A stretch of 64,000 bases of DNA, from contig CAJINV010000005.1 of the NCBI GenBank assembly GCA_905178155.1, positions 501,319-565,318 on the forward strand, in the 5' to 3' direction. This DNA is from Amoebophrya sp. A120. Lineage: Eukaryota > Protista > Dinoflagellata. The notes beneath the pieces are model-generated. The model was not told the DNA's origin, made no database searches, and worked only from the letters and a program-made list of their open reading frames with translations. Positions 23,928-37,947 of the stretch are shown here, one piece after another (the stretch's first letter is position 1; each line of letters starts with the position of its first letter). Position numbers and translations under genes: made by a program.

Positions 23928-25320
23928 TTTTATCTTCGTGGAAGGGACTCCTGGATAGAAAATTTCATTAGCCGATTACTTGTGTCACAAGCTTCCTAAT
24001 GTACGCTTTTATTGCCGGCGCCGTAGCCTAGGCGCTCGGTAGTAGATGGATCTGGATTTCTTCCGTATCAAAGCTTTGATCGTAGTTCATCCCCATGTCT
24101 GTCCAGCTCGTCATTGTCCAGCCGCCCAAAACCCAACAAATTCTTCTACCCTGTGTCGCTCAGAAACATACCTCGCGGTTCTAATCAACATTTCATCAAG
24201 GCTTCTCTCTCTACTGTGTTCTAGAAGCGGTTTTCAATCCACTTTGTCTTCCGCTTGCTTGGGCTGTCACACTTTGATTGGTTCCATCTCTACTCGTACT
24301 CTTAGAAGTTACAGTCTCTCTTGTTGCATTTACTCTGCTGTGTCCTCCACCAAAAAATACCACTTCCGCCTCTCTTGCTTCCCTTCGCAGTTCTGCCACC
24401 TCCGCTCACTAGAAAAAAGAGAAGCACGTCGCAACACCACAAACGCGGCCGCTTGTTCCACTTGCTATTGATGACTCTGGCACAATAATAACGAAGCACT
24501 CAAAACTTCGTCACATGTTGTACACATGCAACGAACTGTGTTCATCAAAACGCCCAGGATTTCTTTCTCCTCACGAAAGCGCGCCAATAGGAAAAACAGT
24601 CTGTGTGGTCTTTTTCATTCGCGATGTTGATGTAGAAATCTCAGTCATCTTGTTTGTCGAGGACCACACGACGAACGAAGCACGACGGCGTTACACACAA
24701 TGAAAATTGTATGGCACCACTAATAAAAGTAAAACTAGTACACAAGCAATGAAGCCGGTACAACCAAAAGTATAAGAAATCTGATTTTGCAAGAATAAAA
24801 AACAAAGCCAAGAAAAAAGAAAAGCAAAAGATGACGATGCAAGAAGAAAAATGTAGCGCGATGCAATAGTAACAACTTTTGTTGCAGCGGAACAATAAAG
24901 TTCTACTTCATTTCACACACTTTCGAAAACTTTCCCCGTGATATCGTTTGAAAGGCACAGGAGGCCTAAAAAAGTGAGTTTGTCGAATGCATTATTCTCT
25001 TCTGATGTGTAGTTTTCTTTTTGTAAAAAAGCAAGTTGTCGCACACAAGTGAGGAACTTCATTTGTCGAGAACAAAAAAGAAGCTCGCAAGTAGAGACGC
25101 AGTAGAAGGTCGCGGCACAATGCAGATTCATCACAGTGACCTCTACCGGATCTTCGTGGTGAGAGAAGAGGCGTGCTATGGCGGGCACTCTTCCTGCGGG
25201 CCTGGAAAAAGGTTTTCTTTCCATAAATGCACAGTTTTTACTTTATTACTTTGTCATGCAGTAGCGAGAAAATGCTGAGGAAATTGAAATTGTTCATGCG
25301 AGGATCATGAAACACGATCA

Positions 25321-26696
25321 TCAAGCCGTACATGAGTCCGACACGGTTATCCAAGTCTCGGTTCTGGAGCCGTCGTGACTGCTGTACTTAATGCTGAAAG
25401 CGTCGCGGCTTTGGACCTGAAAGTGATTTCAGATTGAGTTTGTGGTGCATGCAATTCAAGTTCTTTTTTGAAACCAACTTCTCCCTACCGGTTGCGCAAG
25501 AACGCACGCATACATTCATTCTGCTTGTCCACTACATGCATCTATCTACTAGCACCACACAAAAACATCTGAAAAAACAAAAAATACGTCGAGAATATTT
25601 CTGATGCGCAGGTCGATTTCGCGGATGGCGGTACTGGACCCGTTTTTGTTCCACATCTCGACCTTCCAGGCCTTCTTGAAAAGGGAAAACGTAACCTGTG
25701 GGATGATGGTTTGCATAATTTTAATTGCGGCATTGAAAAAATCTCAGAATTTACATCAAATTGTCACGCATATTAATAAGTAATCACGACCACGAGCGCT
25801 TTAACAAGCACACTGAGGTTTTCTTTTTCTCAAAGCACGACCAAAAACCTCTATACCCCGAGGATCTCGTCGTCCGCTTCTTCCAAAATGTCTCGAAAAA
25901 GCCCGCCAATAAACGCCAAACACAACTCCGTGAAGGCAGGGAATCGATCAGTGGCCGCAACTTGTGCGAGGACCCAACGACCTGATTTTGGATTTTTTCT
26001 CATCCTATTTGAAACAAGACAAGGTTGTACCTGGCTTTCTTGATAGATGCACAGCACTGCGCAAGACGCACTTGTTGCGCTCCGATTCGAAAACCAGTAC
26101 CAATTTTTTTGTGCGACGCAAATAATCGCATCGGCATCGAACAACAGAAAAGCTCAAGCATATACTGATATTCAGTTTATACCGCCCGTCTTATTTGCCG
26201 GGTCTTCCCAGAGGGGTCTCACGCCCTGTTTGAACAGACTCATCGCACCGAATCCCTCCTGCAACTGGTTCCATAACCGCCAAAAATCCTGCACGGTGGA
26301 CACGTCGCAGATTTTTTCCAAGCCCACCTCGTACTTTCCCGTTTTCTTGGCCCCCATTATCGAAAACATGTCCTGGAAGAAAAAGGAGTAGCTTTGGGAA
26401 AGCGGGAACAACATCGTCGACCGGACTATTTTCGGGTTTGCTTCCTCCGTGACGTCGTCGACTACCATCAGGAATTCCGCGGCGGTTGTCATATCGAAAT
26501 CGTAGTCCTCCTCAAACTCGTATGCGCCGAGCGCATTCAGCTTTTCCAACGCGAGATTTCTCATTTCGATCTTCTCCGCAGACCAGTTTCGGAACTTTTT
26601 CAAGTTCACAGTAGAGGATTGACTCCCGCCGGCCTTGTTAGTGGGCATTGCTCTGACTCCGCCGGCGCCGTTGGCGGTCGTGGGGGAGGGGGTCAT
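25321..26696 (-). CDS. EIF4E: Divergent eukaryotic translation initiation factor 4E family protein; multi-exon
   Basis: FPLSQSYSFFF…STVQDFWRLWN…LFKQGVRPLWEDPANKTGG, then GRWVL…FTELCLAFIGG…DEILGV, KVEMWNK and FSIKYSSH: the eIF4E motifs in order. The 3' end is approximate. Confidence 0.85.
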
Positions 26697-28229
26697 GGTT
26701 TATTTAGCAGGCGGAGAGGCGCTCCGATGTCGTGTCTTGTGAATATTTTTTCAGGTCGTGACTACTACAACTAGCTCCTCCTTCTCGATGGGTGATCAAT
26801 GCTCCACAACTCCGGGGGGAGGTCGCTATTCTTGTCCTAGAAAGTAGGGAAAGCAAGGAATTGGATTTATTCCCGGTCGCGGTCGGTTCTTCCGATGGTA
26901 TGACTGTGTTGCAGAAAATTACTGCCCACCAGCTTGCACGCGGCGACGTTGGCGACGTCGGAGACCGCAGGCGAAACTGACTAAAATAGATTTGGCGTTG
27001 TTCTAGGAAATTGCTTCAAGCGAATAGGAGCTAGAATTAATATTCTTGTAGAGGCTATTTCTAGAGCGAAAAGCTACAACAACTGCCACTAACTTGCTAT
27101 TGATGCATACTCCCTGCCAGAATTCGATAAAAATATAGTCACGCGACGAGCTTGCAAGCAGTTATGAGTCCAACAAAAGGCAAGAACTCTCCCTATTACT
27201 ATAGCTCTCGTTGCTCCAAAAAAATTATGAATCGAGCGAATTCGGGAGCGTGCTTGATGTTTGCACTTACGACATACTGGCTCACGTCGTATGAATACGC
27301 TTTCTAAAGCACACAGTGGCTCGGTCACGTTTGTCTTCTGTCGATTCAGTCCAATTTGTATCTTTTGATGCCGCGTGCGTCGTGGCTCGTTTTGCATTTC
27401 TGTTCCGCTACTCTCGTCAACATGGTGATGGAGCTAATCAGAAAAATTCTCTGACCTCTTTTTCTTTTCCTCTGTGCCAGGTTCGAAACTGTGCCATGTA
27501 AATTCGAACTGAACACCAGAGCTCTTCGTCTTTTCGTGTGAAGACGGCGATCCGATCCTCCTTTTTTCTCCTGAACCCTGAATCGGCATCGTTATTCCAT
27601 TTTAATTTCTGAAGATAGCCTCCTGATCACATTTTTAAGTTTAGCTCCCACGGCTGAAAGCGTGCGTTCTTTGTAAGCTTCTACCTGCGTGGCCGCAGCA
27701 GGTGCCCGGGGCGTCAAGACGCCGGAAGTTTTGTCTCTCCCCCAGCAGGTTGAGTTCGAGTAAGTACGGCGAAGGGTATACACGAAGAACTTGAAGATGC
27801 AGCTCGTAGCTGCGATGCGTAGCGTAAATTATTACCAAGGCATAGCAATGGGAAGTTTTAGTTCTCGGAAGAAGGTCGCACTTCGGTAAAACAGAAGTAG
27901 TTCTGGGAAGAAGGAAACCAGTGCGGTGGGAGAAAGACGAGGCGACCTGCTCTGAGACATGGACTGGATCGGGAGTCCATCGTGATACAATAGATTGATA
28001 AAGCGAAAATCCTTACTGCCTCGATCGGCAACGCGTGTAGCATTTCTTTGTCTTTGTAGTTACGAGCAACCTTGTCAAGCGGAATTCTAACATACGCGAG
28101 CGGAAAACAATTTCGTACTGTTATTGGTACTACCAACCTAGGTATGCTGATGAGCCTTCTATCTGCGTTCTCATATCATGATGAGAAGCGCAAACCAGCA
28201 AACCAACCACGACGAATCATGTCCTGAAC

Positions 28230-31200
28230 TTAATCAGAGACACCGGAACAGCTCGTCCCCGAAGCGCGAGAGCATACCACGACGATCTCTACTAATTCGC
28301 CAAGCCATTCACCTTCAAGAATGCTTTCTCCTGCATTTTTCTTCGCTGCTCCGCTGCCATGCGCATCCTGCTTTCTAGCGTCGTGTCCATGTTGTTTCCC
28401 GCAGCACTCTATCAAATGCAAAAATGTCTGTGTCTGGAAGATTGCTAGTCCGGCGTGACTTTGAGCTCTGTATTGCGTGGCGGCAAAGGGCTTCTCTTCC
28501 CTGTCATGCAAAAACGCAGTTTCTCATGCGGAGTACGCAACTCTGAACCACGGAAAAACTTGTCATGCTTGGCAGTGCTTTACAGTATGCGCATTTTTCC
28601 CTGACTTGCATCACAAGTTTCCAGACCCAGACATTTTTGCAATCCATACACTCTGTACCGACTGCCGGCGCAACTGATTGAAGCCCCGCGAGATGACAGA
28701 AGACGTCACCGACTGTTGAGCAGAACTGTCTGCGTAAAACGGAAGCTGAGGCGTTTGGTCGTTGCTGTTCTTCAAAACAGAAGGACCTGGTTGAGGAAAA
28801 GGACTTTGATAGGAAGAGGTCGTGCTGTGGAAGTTTTGCTGGGCTTGGTGTGCTGGCGGAAGTTGTTGGACACCGTCGTTGTAGGAAGCATGTTGCACCA
28901 CGCCTGCATGAGGATTCGACGGGGGAGCAGCAGCCGTCCACTGAGGTGCGGGCTGAACAGCAAACTGGGGCTGCGTTTGCTGTGGGATCGCAAACTGTAC
29001 CGGATGGTGTGGCTGAAATTGCTGCTGTTGCGGTGCGGTGGTAAATTGCGGAACAGAAGGAGCTGCAGTGCCCTGTCGGGTAAAATGCGGGCCACCCCCG
29101 GAAAGAACTTGCTGCGGCGGCATGGAATGATGATTATACGCAGAAGGGTACGGTTGCGGCTGAGAAACCGAAACCTGTATCACCGGTTGAGGGGCAGCCT
29201 GCTGTTGCTGAGGAAACGCGGCAGAAGAGGGCTGCGACTGACTGACCGGCTGCTGGTACGCAAACGCAGAGTGCTGCACTTGCGTAGGGTGCGCGAGCTG
29301 ACTCGGAGCTGCGGGCGCGGAATGAGAGTGTTGCACAGGTCGTGGGAGATATGATGTGGTGTCGCGCTGGGCCGATCCGCCTCTGGTACTTCCTTGTTGA
29401 AACGAATACGGAGCATGTTGATGTTCCCCTGGTAACCACGATGACAGCCGAACGCCCCCCGGCGGAGCAGATCGCTCCTGTGCGCGCGCTGGGCGAGAAG
29501 AGACGAACTCAGCAAACCGACCGACAGAAGAAGCGCGAGAGTTTCTTCCGGATGTGAGGCCACCGACGGTTGCAATACCTTTGATACATAGATGCAGAAT
29601 CGTGAGGAATTCATCACATACACTAGAAGTATCGAACGCAGATATTATCGCTCACCCTCAAAGTTCTACAGAAATCTTTCAAACTACTGCTTTTCAAATC
29701 TTCTTCGTGGTAGAAGACCGGTTTTGTCAGACGCAAATTACCCATGAAGAAGTGTCTCGCCCATGCCCACACACTAGATGTGGTAGGCGCGGTAGTGACA
29801 AAATCTAGGTGTCATCCTGGTGTGCCATACAAATTTTCGCTCGGAAAGTTGAATGACAATGAGCACAAAGGAACTACAAACCGACACTTTCCAACAGATC
29901 AAGAGCAACTCACACACACAATCAAGCAGGGATCAGTACTTGACAGATCGTGCTGACTCAGGCCTCCACCGCCGTTGCCACCGACACTTCTGCTGCCTGC
30001 GACGGAGGATGCCGCAGAGGAGAAGAACTTGCGGCAGGTCTCGGAAAGTTCTGTCTGCAGCTCTATGTTGTCGGACACCATTTTCTCCGAGTACTTGCTC
30101 TGCACCGCCAATTTGCTCTCGATCCGCATGCGGTTTCGCCGCTCCCGCTGTTTTAACGAATTTTCAACGATGGCGGAACTATGAAAACGATCTTTTTTGA
30201 AATCAGAAGTTCGCTCTGGCTCTCGTTCTTGTGCAGCATTTGCACTAATTGCAACTTGTCATTGGTAGAAGCTATGTATAGATTTGTCGCACGCACGAAA
30301 AGTCGTAAACACTAAACCATAGGTCCTTAAGGACGGTGAAGTGTTTTGACCAGATTTACTTTTCGCCTTTTGAAAATTAGCAGTGCAGCCCTTTATTTTA
30401 GCACGGTATACTATCAAACTCTGGCTCATGAATAAACGGAGCGCAGTGCTAGCGAACCCGTGCGGATGATGTAAGCGGATCATGTGGTACGTCTACGTTA
30501 ACAGACCACTAACTGTCATCTGGAAAACAGCTGCATCACGAAAATGATCAATACCTGGATTTCCATTTTGGCTGCGCGGATTTCCTCGTGCAGCTCGTAC
30601 TTTTCATTTTCGGAATAGAGCTGCATACGGACCAGCTCCTCAGCCAGCACGTTGTTCTCTTTTTCGAGGACCTTTGCGGGTAGAATTTACATAGTTTGCG
30701 TTTGAGTACAATTTCTAGAATTTCTGATCCCATCATTCTACATCTACTCAACAGCTGCACTGAATCTAAATTTGAAAGATCCCATGATCTTCTCGTTCAT
30801 GTTCAATTTACGCTAATGGTGGTGCTCGAACTGATAACAAAGCAAAAGGAAAATAGGCCGGCTTACCGCAATGTCCAGCGGGTCCGTACCATCGGCTTGT
30901 GAGGCGGACGCGCTTGGACCAAGTCTACCAGACGAGCCCTGCAGTCGTAAATGAAATGAAATTTATGCTAGACCATTTCGTGTGCTCGTGCTTCTGCACC
31001 TCTTTGCTCGTACAGTTACACCGCCAGATCTTTGGAAAAAAGCATGAGTGAAAACTGAAGACGGGAGTCATCTCTGATGTACCCTGTACGTATGGAAAGC
31101 GTTCTTGCGAATACCTGTGACCCCGTCCGGCCCATATTATCCCGGACGTGCGCGCCTCGCGCTCTTCTTGGGGGCATTGCTCCGTTCTCTGTGCTTGGCG

Positions 31201-34200
31201 TGCTGACGTCCGCAATGTGTACTTCTTCCTCCTCCTGCCCAGCGAGGAAAGGCGCGTCATTATCGACCATGGGATTGCCTTGTCCGTTGTTCATTAAACT
31301 AGACTGTACGCCGGCACAGGCCTTCAACTCCAGCAATTTCTGCCGTACCCGCCAGTGGTACTTCTGCTTCCCGCTTTCATTCACAGAAGAAGAGGACGTC
31401 GGTGTTCTGTTCCGCGAACCCATCACAGAGCTGTTGCCAGATAGTTGCCCGCCAGACAACTGCCGCAGCCTGCTAGCACGCTCTAAATCGCGGTCAAACG
31501 GTGAGTTCAGCAGCAACGTGTCTTGATTGTGATGAATCCGGCCATTATTCAAATTCATGGAATTCAAATGCGAATGCGTCGCCGACGCGCCGATTAGCAG
31601 AGACGGGGTTTGGTGATTCGACCGGGTGAATCTTGTCCTCGAAGGAGCGGTTTCCTCGCCGTTATTGTTGTTGAAAAACTGCTGGGGGTCATTGTGCTGT
31701 CGACTGCGCAGAAACGGGATTTGCATACTGCTGCCAGTACTGGCTGAAGCCGCTGCACCAGGTGGATTTTGCTGCTGTTGCTGCCTTTGCATTTGCTGTG
31801 CGTGGGAGTTCGATCCTGGTTGCAACTCCTCCATGATGTTCCCATTGCTGCAGTTCTTCATGAATCTGTGAATTTCATTCTGCGAATTGATCGAACTCGC
31901 ACCGCCGGCGGAAAGCTGGGAGCGGTTGTTGGGATTGTTCTCGTCACCGTCTACAGAAGCCGGTAGCTGCTGCTGCTGTTGACTATAATCTCCGGTGCCA
32001 TCTTGCTGAAAGTTGCTCACATTCTGGCTACTTTCTTCTTCCCCGCTGATGTCGTTCGAAGATGGGAGAATCAACTTCGGCACCATCACTCCGCTCCGAT
32101 TCAGCGGTTTCTGTTCCGGCGCTCGCACGGGCGGCGTAGACTCCGTGGACCGAACCGACGCCAGTCGGTAATTGTTTGAAGCCGCAGCAGCTGCACCACT
32201 GGTCGTGCTCCCCTGCAACGAATCCGGCGACGCGGACAACGTGCCGCCGCTCGAACCGTGCCCGTCGTGAATCTGGATCCTTAATGTGCCGCTTGCCTGG
32301 CGGCTCTGCGCGGCCGCGGAAGAGGAGGAGGTGTTGTGTCCTCTCGAAGACGATCCGATCATGCCTCTTCCACTACCCTGCAGCGCGCCACGATCTTCTG
32401 CCGGTGTCCTCGGCGTTACATCGGCTAGTATCGACGGTTCAAAATCTGAGTTTCCAGGGGAGTTCTCCCCTTTGATCGTCGACGCGAACTGGTCGTCTTG
32501 GAGATTGTTGTCTTGATCCACCACCACCGCGGCCGGGTAGTCGCCCGTCTGCCCGCCGATCCTCCTGGTATCCTTGTACAGCTCCCGGGGGTAGACGCTT
32601 TTTCCGCCGCTTCCCGGAGCAAGCGCACCGGCGGAGAAGTACAGATCGGTGGACGAGGCGAGCGACTGGGACACCGGATGCTGCTGCTGTAGTTGCTGCT
32701 GCTCGTAGGAGCTTTGCGAGGAAAGTATGCTAGAAGTTGTATTCTGCTGCTGCTGCTGCTGTTGCAAGAGAATGTCGTTTTGACTGACGGAACTTTGGTC
32801 GAACTTCAGCTGGATGCTGCTCGGCAAGGTGCTGTTGTTCGCCGTTGCATCACCGAGGATGAAGTTGCCAGACAATTGCCTAGAGCTTTAACACCCGTTA
32901 GCATGAGAAGTGGTGAATTTGTAGTGAATTTTGCATGCCAAATTGCAGATGAGCCCGCCGGGACATTGTCCCTCTTGGCCCTGTTCTGGGAAGTAGAAGG
33001 CCCTGCACCGCGCAGCAGCCGCGGGCTTTTGTGCAGTGGGCAGCCAGAGGACATGGCCGGGGCGCCGTTCTTTGGGCAGATTTTTGCGCCTCCCCGTTCC
33101 CGCAGAAGAGCACTGCAGCAGCCGCGGCAAAGACGCCAAAAATAAAGGCTGCGAGGCGCATACAACTAAGCAAGAAGGCAGGCAAGGACGAAAGGACCCG
33201 GCCGAGAGCTTTGACGCATTTTTCCGGCAGGCGCGTGAAATCTTGCGGCATTTTCAGCAGAATACAGACGGGCTTAGGGCAGCAGAGGACTCCGCTTTTT
33301 CCGCCTTTGCGTTCCTTCTCATGGCCTATCTGTGCACTTTTTTGAGCACTTTTCTGCGCTAAAGTTTGCTTATCACGGTCGAAAATGGGCGCCCGGTGAA
33401 TTTTGGGGTGAATTTTGAAAAGGGCGCCGGTGAATTTTGGCCTCCGGCTCCTTCGCAAAATTCGCTAGCGCGTGAGAAACTCCGGGTTTGGGGGCTTCAA
33501 AAAAGTGTCGCAAAAACAAAAAGCCTCAAAATTCACCAAGAGAATTCTTGACCTGAGAGCCACGTCGAAAAAGACTTGCTCCGGGGGCAAAAACACGACT
33601 GGGGAGTTGTAAGCCGAGCACACCAGGCCAAGCAAGCTAGTGCCCGTAGCCGAGTCGTGCCTTCCCTTCCGCCCGAGGCTACTCCCAGATATCCAACTCC
33701 AAGCCACAACCACAACTCGTGAGAGCGCACGTGTTGAACTAGTGCCCCTGTGTTCAGGCGTCGCCCTCCCTCCCGACCATTCCGGAGAGGAACTTCTGAG
33801 GCAGACGCGCAGATGAACAAGAGCCCCACGATTCACCATCTTTGGTTACATATGCCCTACACAGTCCGGCGGGCCCCCGCAAGACCACTTCTTTCGGTGC
33901 TGCAAGCGCCACCGGGCGACGAGCAGCCCTTCACGCTGCGTGGGCTGCTTGGGCTCGTGTGTCTAATACGTAGCGCCCTTCTCTTTTGTTAGTAAATGCA
34001 AGTCATGCAATACAAATTCACTGCAAATTCACCACTCTGTATGCTAACGACCGTGCAAGGCATAAACAATTGCTCGTGGTCCTGGATGCTGCTCGGCAAG
34101 GTGCTGTTGTTCGCCGTTGCATCACCGAGGATGAAGTTGCCAGACAATTGCTCGTGGTCCTGGTGTTGCTCACTGCGAAAACCATTTTGATTCTGGTCTT

Positions 34201-37124
34201 CAAACAAAACCGGTTTATGTTGCAGTTTTCCGCGATTCAACATCGCTACCCTCGTACGCTTGTCCACCGGACTCTCGCCTGCTTGCTCCAAGAAGTCGGA
34301 GATGTCCTGCGCCTCGGCCTCGTAGTCGTCGAGACTCTGGTCGGGGATGAAATTCCCATTGACTTCTTCGTCAAACAACTGCGTAATCCCGCCCATCAAA
34401 CTGTTCATTCCCGGCCCGTGACCTCTGGAAGACCCGTAGGCGCTGTTGTTGTGAAACGCGGAGGTGTTGGAGAGTAACTCGTTGTGGCTACGGTCGCTGC
34501 TCATGGGGATGGCGTAGTTGCTGTTTCTACTGCGATTGAGATTGTGGCCCCCGCTGGTGTTCAGATTGTTATTTGTATTTCCTCGGTGAAACGAGGACCT
34601 GGACGGCGCCGAGCTCGCGTTGGATGTGTTGAGGAAATTCTCCTGGGAATGGGACAGCACGTAGTTGTTGATACTATTCTGCTGGCTGTTGTTCAACCCA
34701 CTGGCATAATTGCCTTGTGCACCAGCGGCTGCTCTTTTCGGGGGCGGCGGCGGCACTGCGTTGAACACGATTTCCGGGCTGGCGGCATTGGAACTCGACG
34801 CGCCACTTGTTCTCTGCGACGACATCAAATTACTGCTATTTCCATTGCTTCTCTGATCCACCAGGATCTCCACGTCTTGCGGCGGGATATTCACAACCAC
34901 AGAGTTTCCCGGGCAGAATGATTCGTTCGCCGCCGTGCTACTCACCACGCTCGCGTTCGCTGCGTCGGGCGTACCGATGTAGAAATGTTGCTGGGCGGCA
35001 CCAGCTTGCTGGCTGTTGTGGGAGTTATTTTGCTCCTGTTGCATTGGGGTTTCGACTGATGTCGTTGCTGACAGTGGCTGGACACGAACGACGCCTGCTT
35101 CCGTGATTACCGCAGCCGGAACCGCGATATTGTGGTCCGACGCGCTAGTACCGGCCTGCTCATCGCTTGTGGATGGGATGGTGGTGGAAGCTTCTTCAGG
35201 CACTTTTTGCTTCTTGATCAACAGATGAGCGGTGTTGCTCTGCTGCAGCTGCTGCTGTATTTGTATCGGTTCAGCCGGCTGAGGGTACAATGCAGACCCG
35301 CCTGGAGGTCCTCGGGGCTGGAAAATTGCGTTGGTACCTCCGAGCAAAGGTTCGTCCTGGTCCACGACTTCGACATCTTGGAAGGGGGTGGTTGCACTTG
35401 CAGCTCCTGAAGCTGGTGCACCAGCTCCCGTTGAAAGAGGAATAACAGGGCCAGGTCCACCACCAGCATTTGATGTTGCACCTTCCTGCGACAGCGTATG
35501 CAGCAACGGCGGCGTGCCCTCCTCCACGTCATTACCCGGAGCAAGGTTGTGCGACGACTGCGACCCTCCGGTGTTTGGTGACCAGTCTTCCCCATTCGTC
35601 TTCCGGTATTTATCGCCCACGAAGTCCGACTCCTTCGCGCGGAAGGGGAGAGGGAGTTTGGGCATGGCAACGCCGGCAGAGTTGGCTCCGGGCGTTCTCG
35701 CACCGGAATTGGATATTGTTGCTCCGGGACTGTTGTTCGGTAACAGGTCCAGCCTCTGCTTTGTCAGCCGCATAGTTGCTGCCATGACTGCCTCATTCTT
35801 CTCCTCCGCAGACAACCGCAGGTCGTCTGGGATCTGCACATTCTGCATCGAAGAGGTCACGGACGAGGGATTGCTGGTCGTCGTGTTATTAACCCGCATG
35901 ATATCAAATGCAAATATGTCTGGGTCTGGAAGAATGCGAGCTCTGTGTCTGTCATGCAGTTTTTGCCTGGCCAAGAAGATCGTGTGGCATGCAAGCTCTA
36001 GCGTCACAGATGTTGAGCAGGTACCCGAATGCCTAATCCGCATGACAAATCCCTTCTTTCGGTAACAAGAGCTGAGGCCTTTTGCTAGCCATGCATGACA
36101 GATTTTGTCATGCTGTAGCCTTCGCATCACAAATTCGAACTCTTCCAGACCCAGACATCCTTGCGTTTGGTACATGGGGCGCAGCATCTGACTGGATGCG
36201 GTGGACGACCCAAAGTCGAGCTTCGACGGGATGTTGCTCACCTCCTCTAACGGGTTTTTCAGGCTGGAGTTCGAAAAATCGTCGTTGCCAACTGTGGAAA
36301 CGGAAAACCGCAGTTCGTCACCCTCGAGGCCTGCTATTCCCGAGATTCCGGTGCTGTAATTGTAGCTTGATGTTCCTGGTGGTGCAGCCCCGCTTCGTCT
36401 CTGCATTAAACCCGCTAACCCCCCGCCGGCACTAGAGCTGGATGAGCTGGGTCTTGGCGGGCTCGGGGACACGAGATTTCCGTCGAAGTTTGACCCAATC
36501 AGCTCCTCGGTGGAGGTGCAGCGCGCGACGGTGCGCGAATTCGGGTAGGTGATAACGTTAGCTGCATTTCCTTCGTGTCTCTCCGGCGCCGTCATTGTGC
36601 TGCAGGCCGAGGCGGAAGAGACCCGGGGAGGTGGGGGGCCGGCAAATTTTGCGGAGGACGCTATGGATTCCGGCATAGACGCGAGGGAGGATCGGAGTAA
36701 CTTGTCCTTGTCTTCCGCCTTCGCGCCGCGTCTTCGGTCCGGGGATTGGGATGTGGGCGGGGAGGAGGAGGTAAAGTTACTGTTCCGCAGCTGCTTGCTC
36801 GGAGAGGACGAGGGGTCACCTGTGTTTTGGTTTGATGAAATCTTCATGCGACAGGTGTACTTTTACTACCAGCACGTACAGCAAATCTCTGGCTGTCATT
36901 TCACATAGTACCCACGTGGAAGAGTTTTTACGCAAAGAATTCACACGTAACAATTGAATACGTCCAAGATTCCCCACGTTTTCCGTGAATTCGGAAACCG
37001 CCTGGCGCAGGCGCATCATGTGGTCTGGCATCTGTTCGCCGGAAGATTTCCGCCCCGCAATCTGCGGCATCTTCTCGAGTTTCTTGGGCGAAAGCGACTT
37101 ACTTGGCGAGTAGTCTGACGGCAT
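28230..37124 (-). CDS. Large Gln/Ser/Asn-rich low-complexity protein with a coiled-coil segment; multi-exon, 3 introners
   Basis: ORFs 36816..37322 (ATG at 37124), 33989..36847, 31016..32875, 29899..30129 and 28611..29336. The junctions at the three introners restore the frame. Other junctions and the 3' end were not fully resolved, so this may be more than one gene. Confidence 0.65.
28410..28648. mobile_element. IR-introner family C (239 bp)
   Basis: Ends TATCAAATGCAAAAATGTCTGTGTCTGGAA / TTCCAGACCCAGACATTTTTGCAATCCATA; TSD cactc/cactc. Confidence 0.93.
32876..34064. mobile_element. Large (1.19 kb) IR-introner with GC-rich internal cargo
   Basis: TIR of about 65 bp: CGTTAGCATGAGAAGTGGTGAATTTGTAGTGAATTT / AAATTCACTGCAAATTCACCACTCTGTATGCTAACG. 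TSD gacaa/aacaa. Removal joins QDHEQL|SGNFILG. Confidence 0.85.
34066..34162 (-). repeat. 78-bp exonic tandem duplication (QDHEQLSGNFILGDATANNSTLPSSI twice); the second copy is split by the 1.19-kb element
   Basis: CTGGATGCTGCTCGGCAAGG…GCCAGACAATTGC is identical at 32810..32879 and 34082..34151. Confidence 0.88.
35902..36172. mobile_element. IR-introner family C (271 bp), stop-free and in frame
   Basis: Family C TIRs; TSD catga/catgg. Element plus TSD = 276 nt and is read through by ORF 33989..36847. Confidence 0.92.
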
Positions 37125-37947
37125 GTTTCGACGCTTGTGGCCGTTGTCGTGTTTTAGCTTCACTTTGAAGATGCCATGCGTTGTTCTGGTTTGGAAAAGA
37201 ACCTTTGCACCAGCTGTTCTCTTTCTTCGCTTTCGCGGATGTGTCTGTTCGTTGTAAGCTACCAGACAAATCCCGACGGAATTTGACCAAGTCAACAGGC
37301 TATTCAAGTGGGCCAGAACCACGATGAGTAGAAGTGCTGTCGCGAGAATGATCGATCCGAAAGTCGTCGAGATGCTTCTTCAAGTCACTCAGGGTCTTCT
37401 CCATTTGTGAAAGTAGATGTAATTCAAATTCGAAAGCAGACCACACAGTGCAAAGGCAAACGAAGACCACCACGCCGAAAGCGAAGCAAAAGCGAACGAG
37501 ACAGTACAAAGTGTAACAAGGAATAAATTTGAAGGCAGCGCTGTGGTGCGGAGGCGACTGAGCAGCACTTCTGCAGTGCGCCAGTAGAATTTTATATTTG
37601 AATTTGGCTAGGAGGATAAGCAGGATTGTACACTTTCAGGTGGTTTCGTCGTAGTTGTGGTCGTTCTCATTTCTGCTTGTCCGTACGTGTAGACAATCAA
37701 ATTTACTACGGGTCGGGAAATGGAAATCATACAGAAGGAGGTGTTCTTTTTGATACAAAACCAACTTATTTCTAGTAGTAATAATGATTTCTAATTTGCT
37801 GACCACTTTTTCAGTTTGTAGAACATATAAACAAGGATTGAGTCCTATCTTTTTTACATCTTTTACTTTCTCGTATTAATTTCTTGATACAACAACACAA
37901 ATTTTTTCTTTTTCTAGTCAAACTGACACCAAGATGTGCAAATTTTC

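Noticed and set aside
30563-30573. CCATTTTGGCT as a dinoflagellate spliced-leader relic
   Set aside because: Only 11 nt, antisense to the gene and within probable coding sequence; likely chance.
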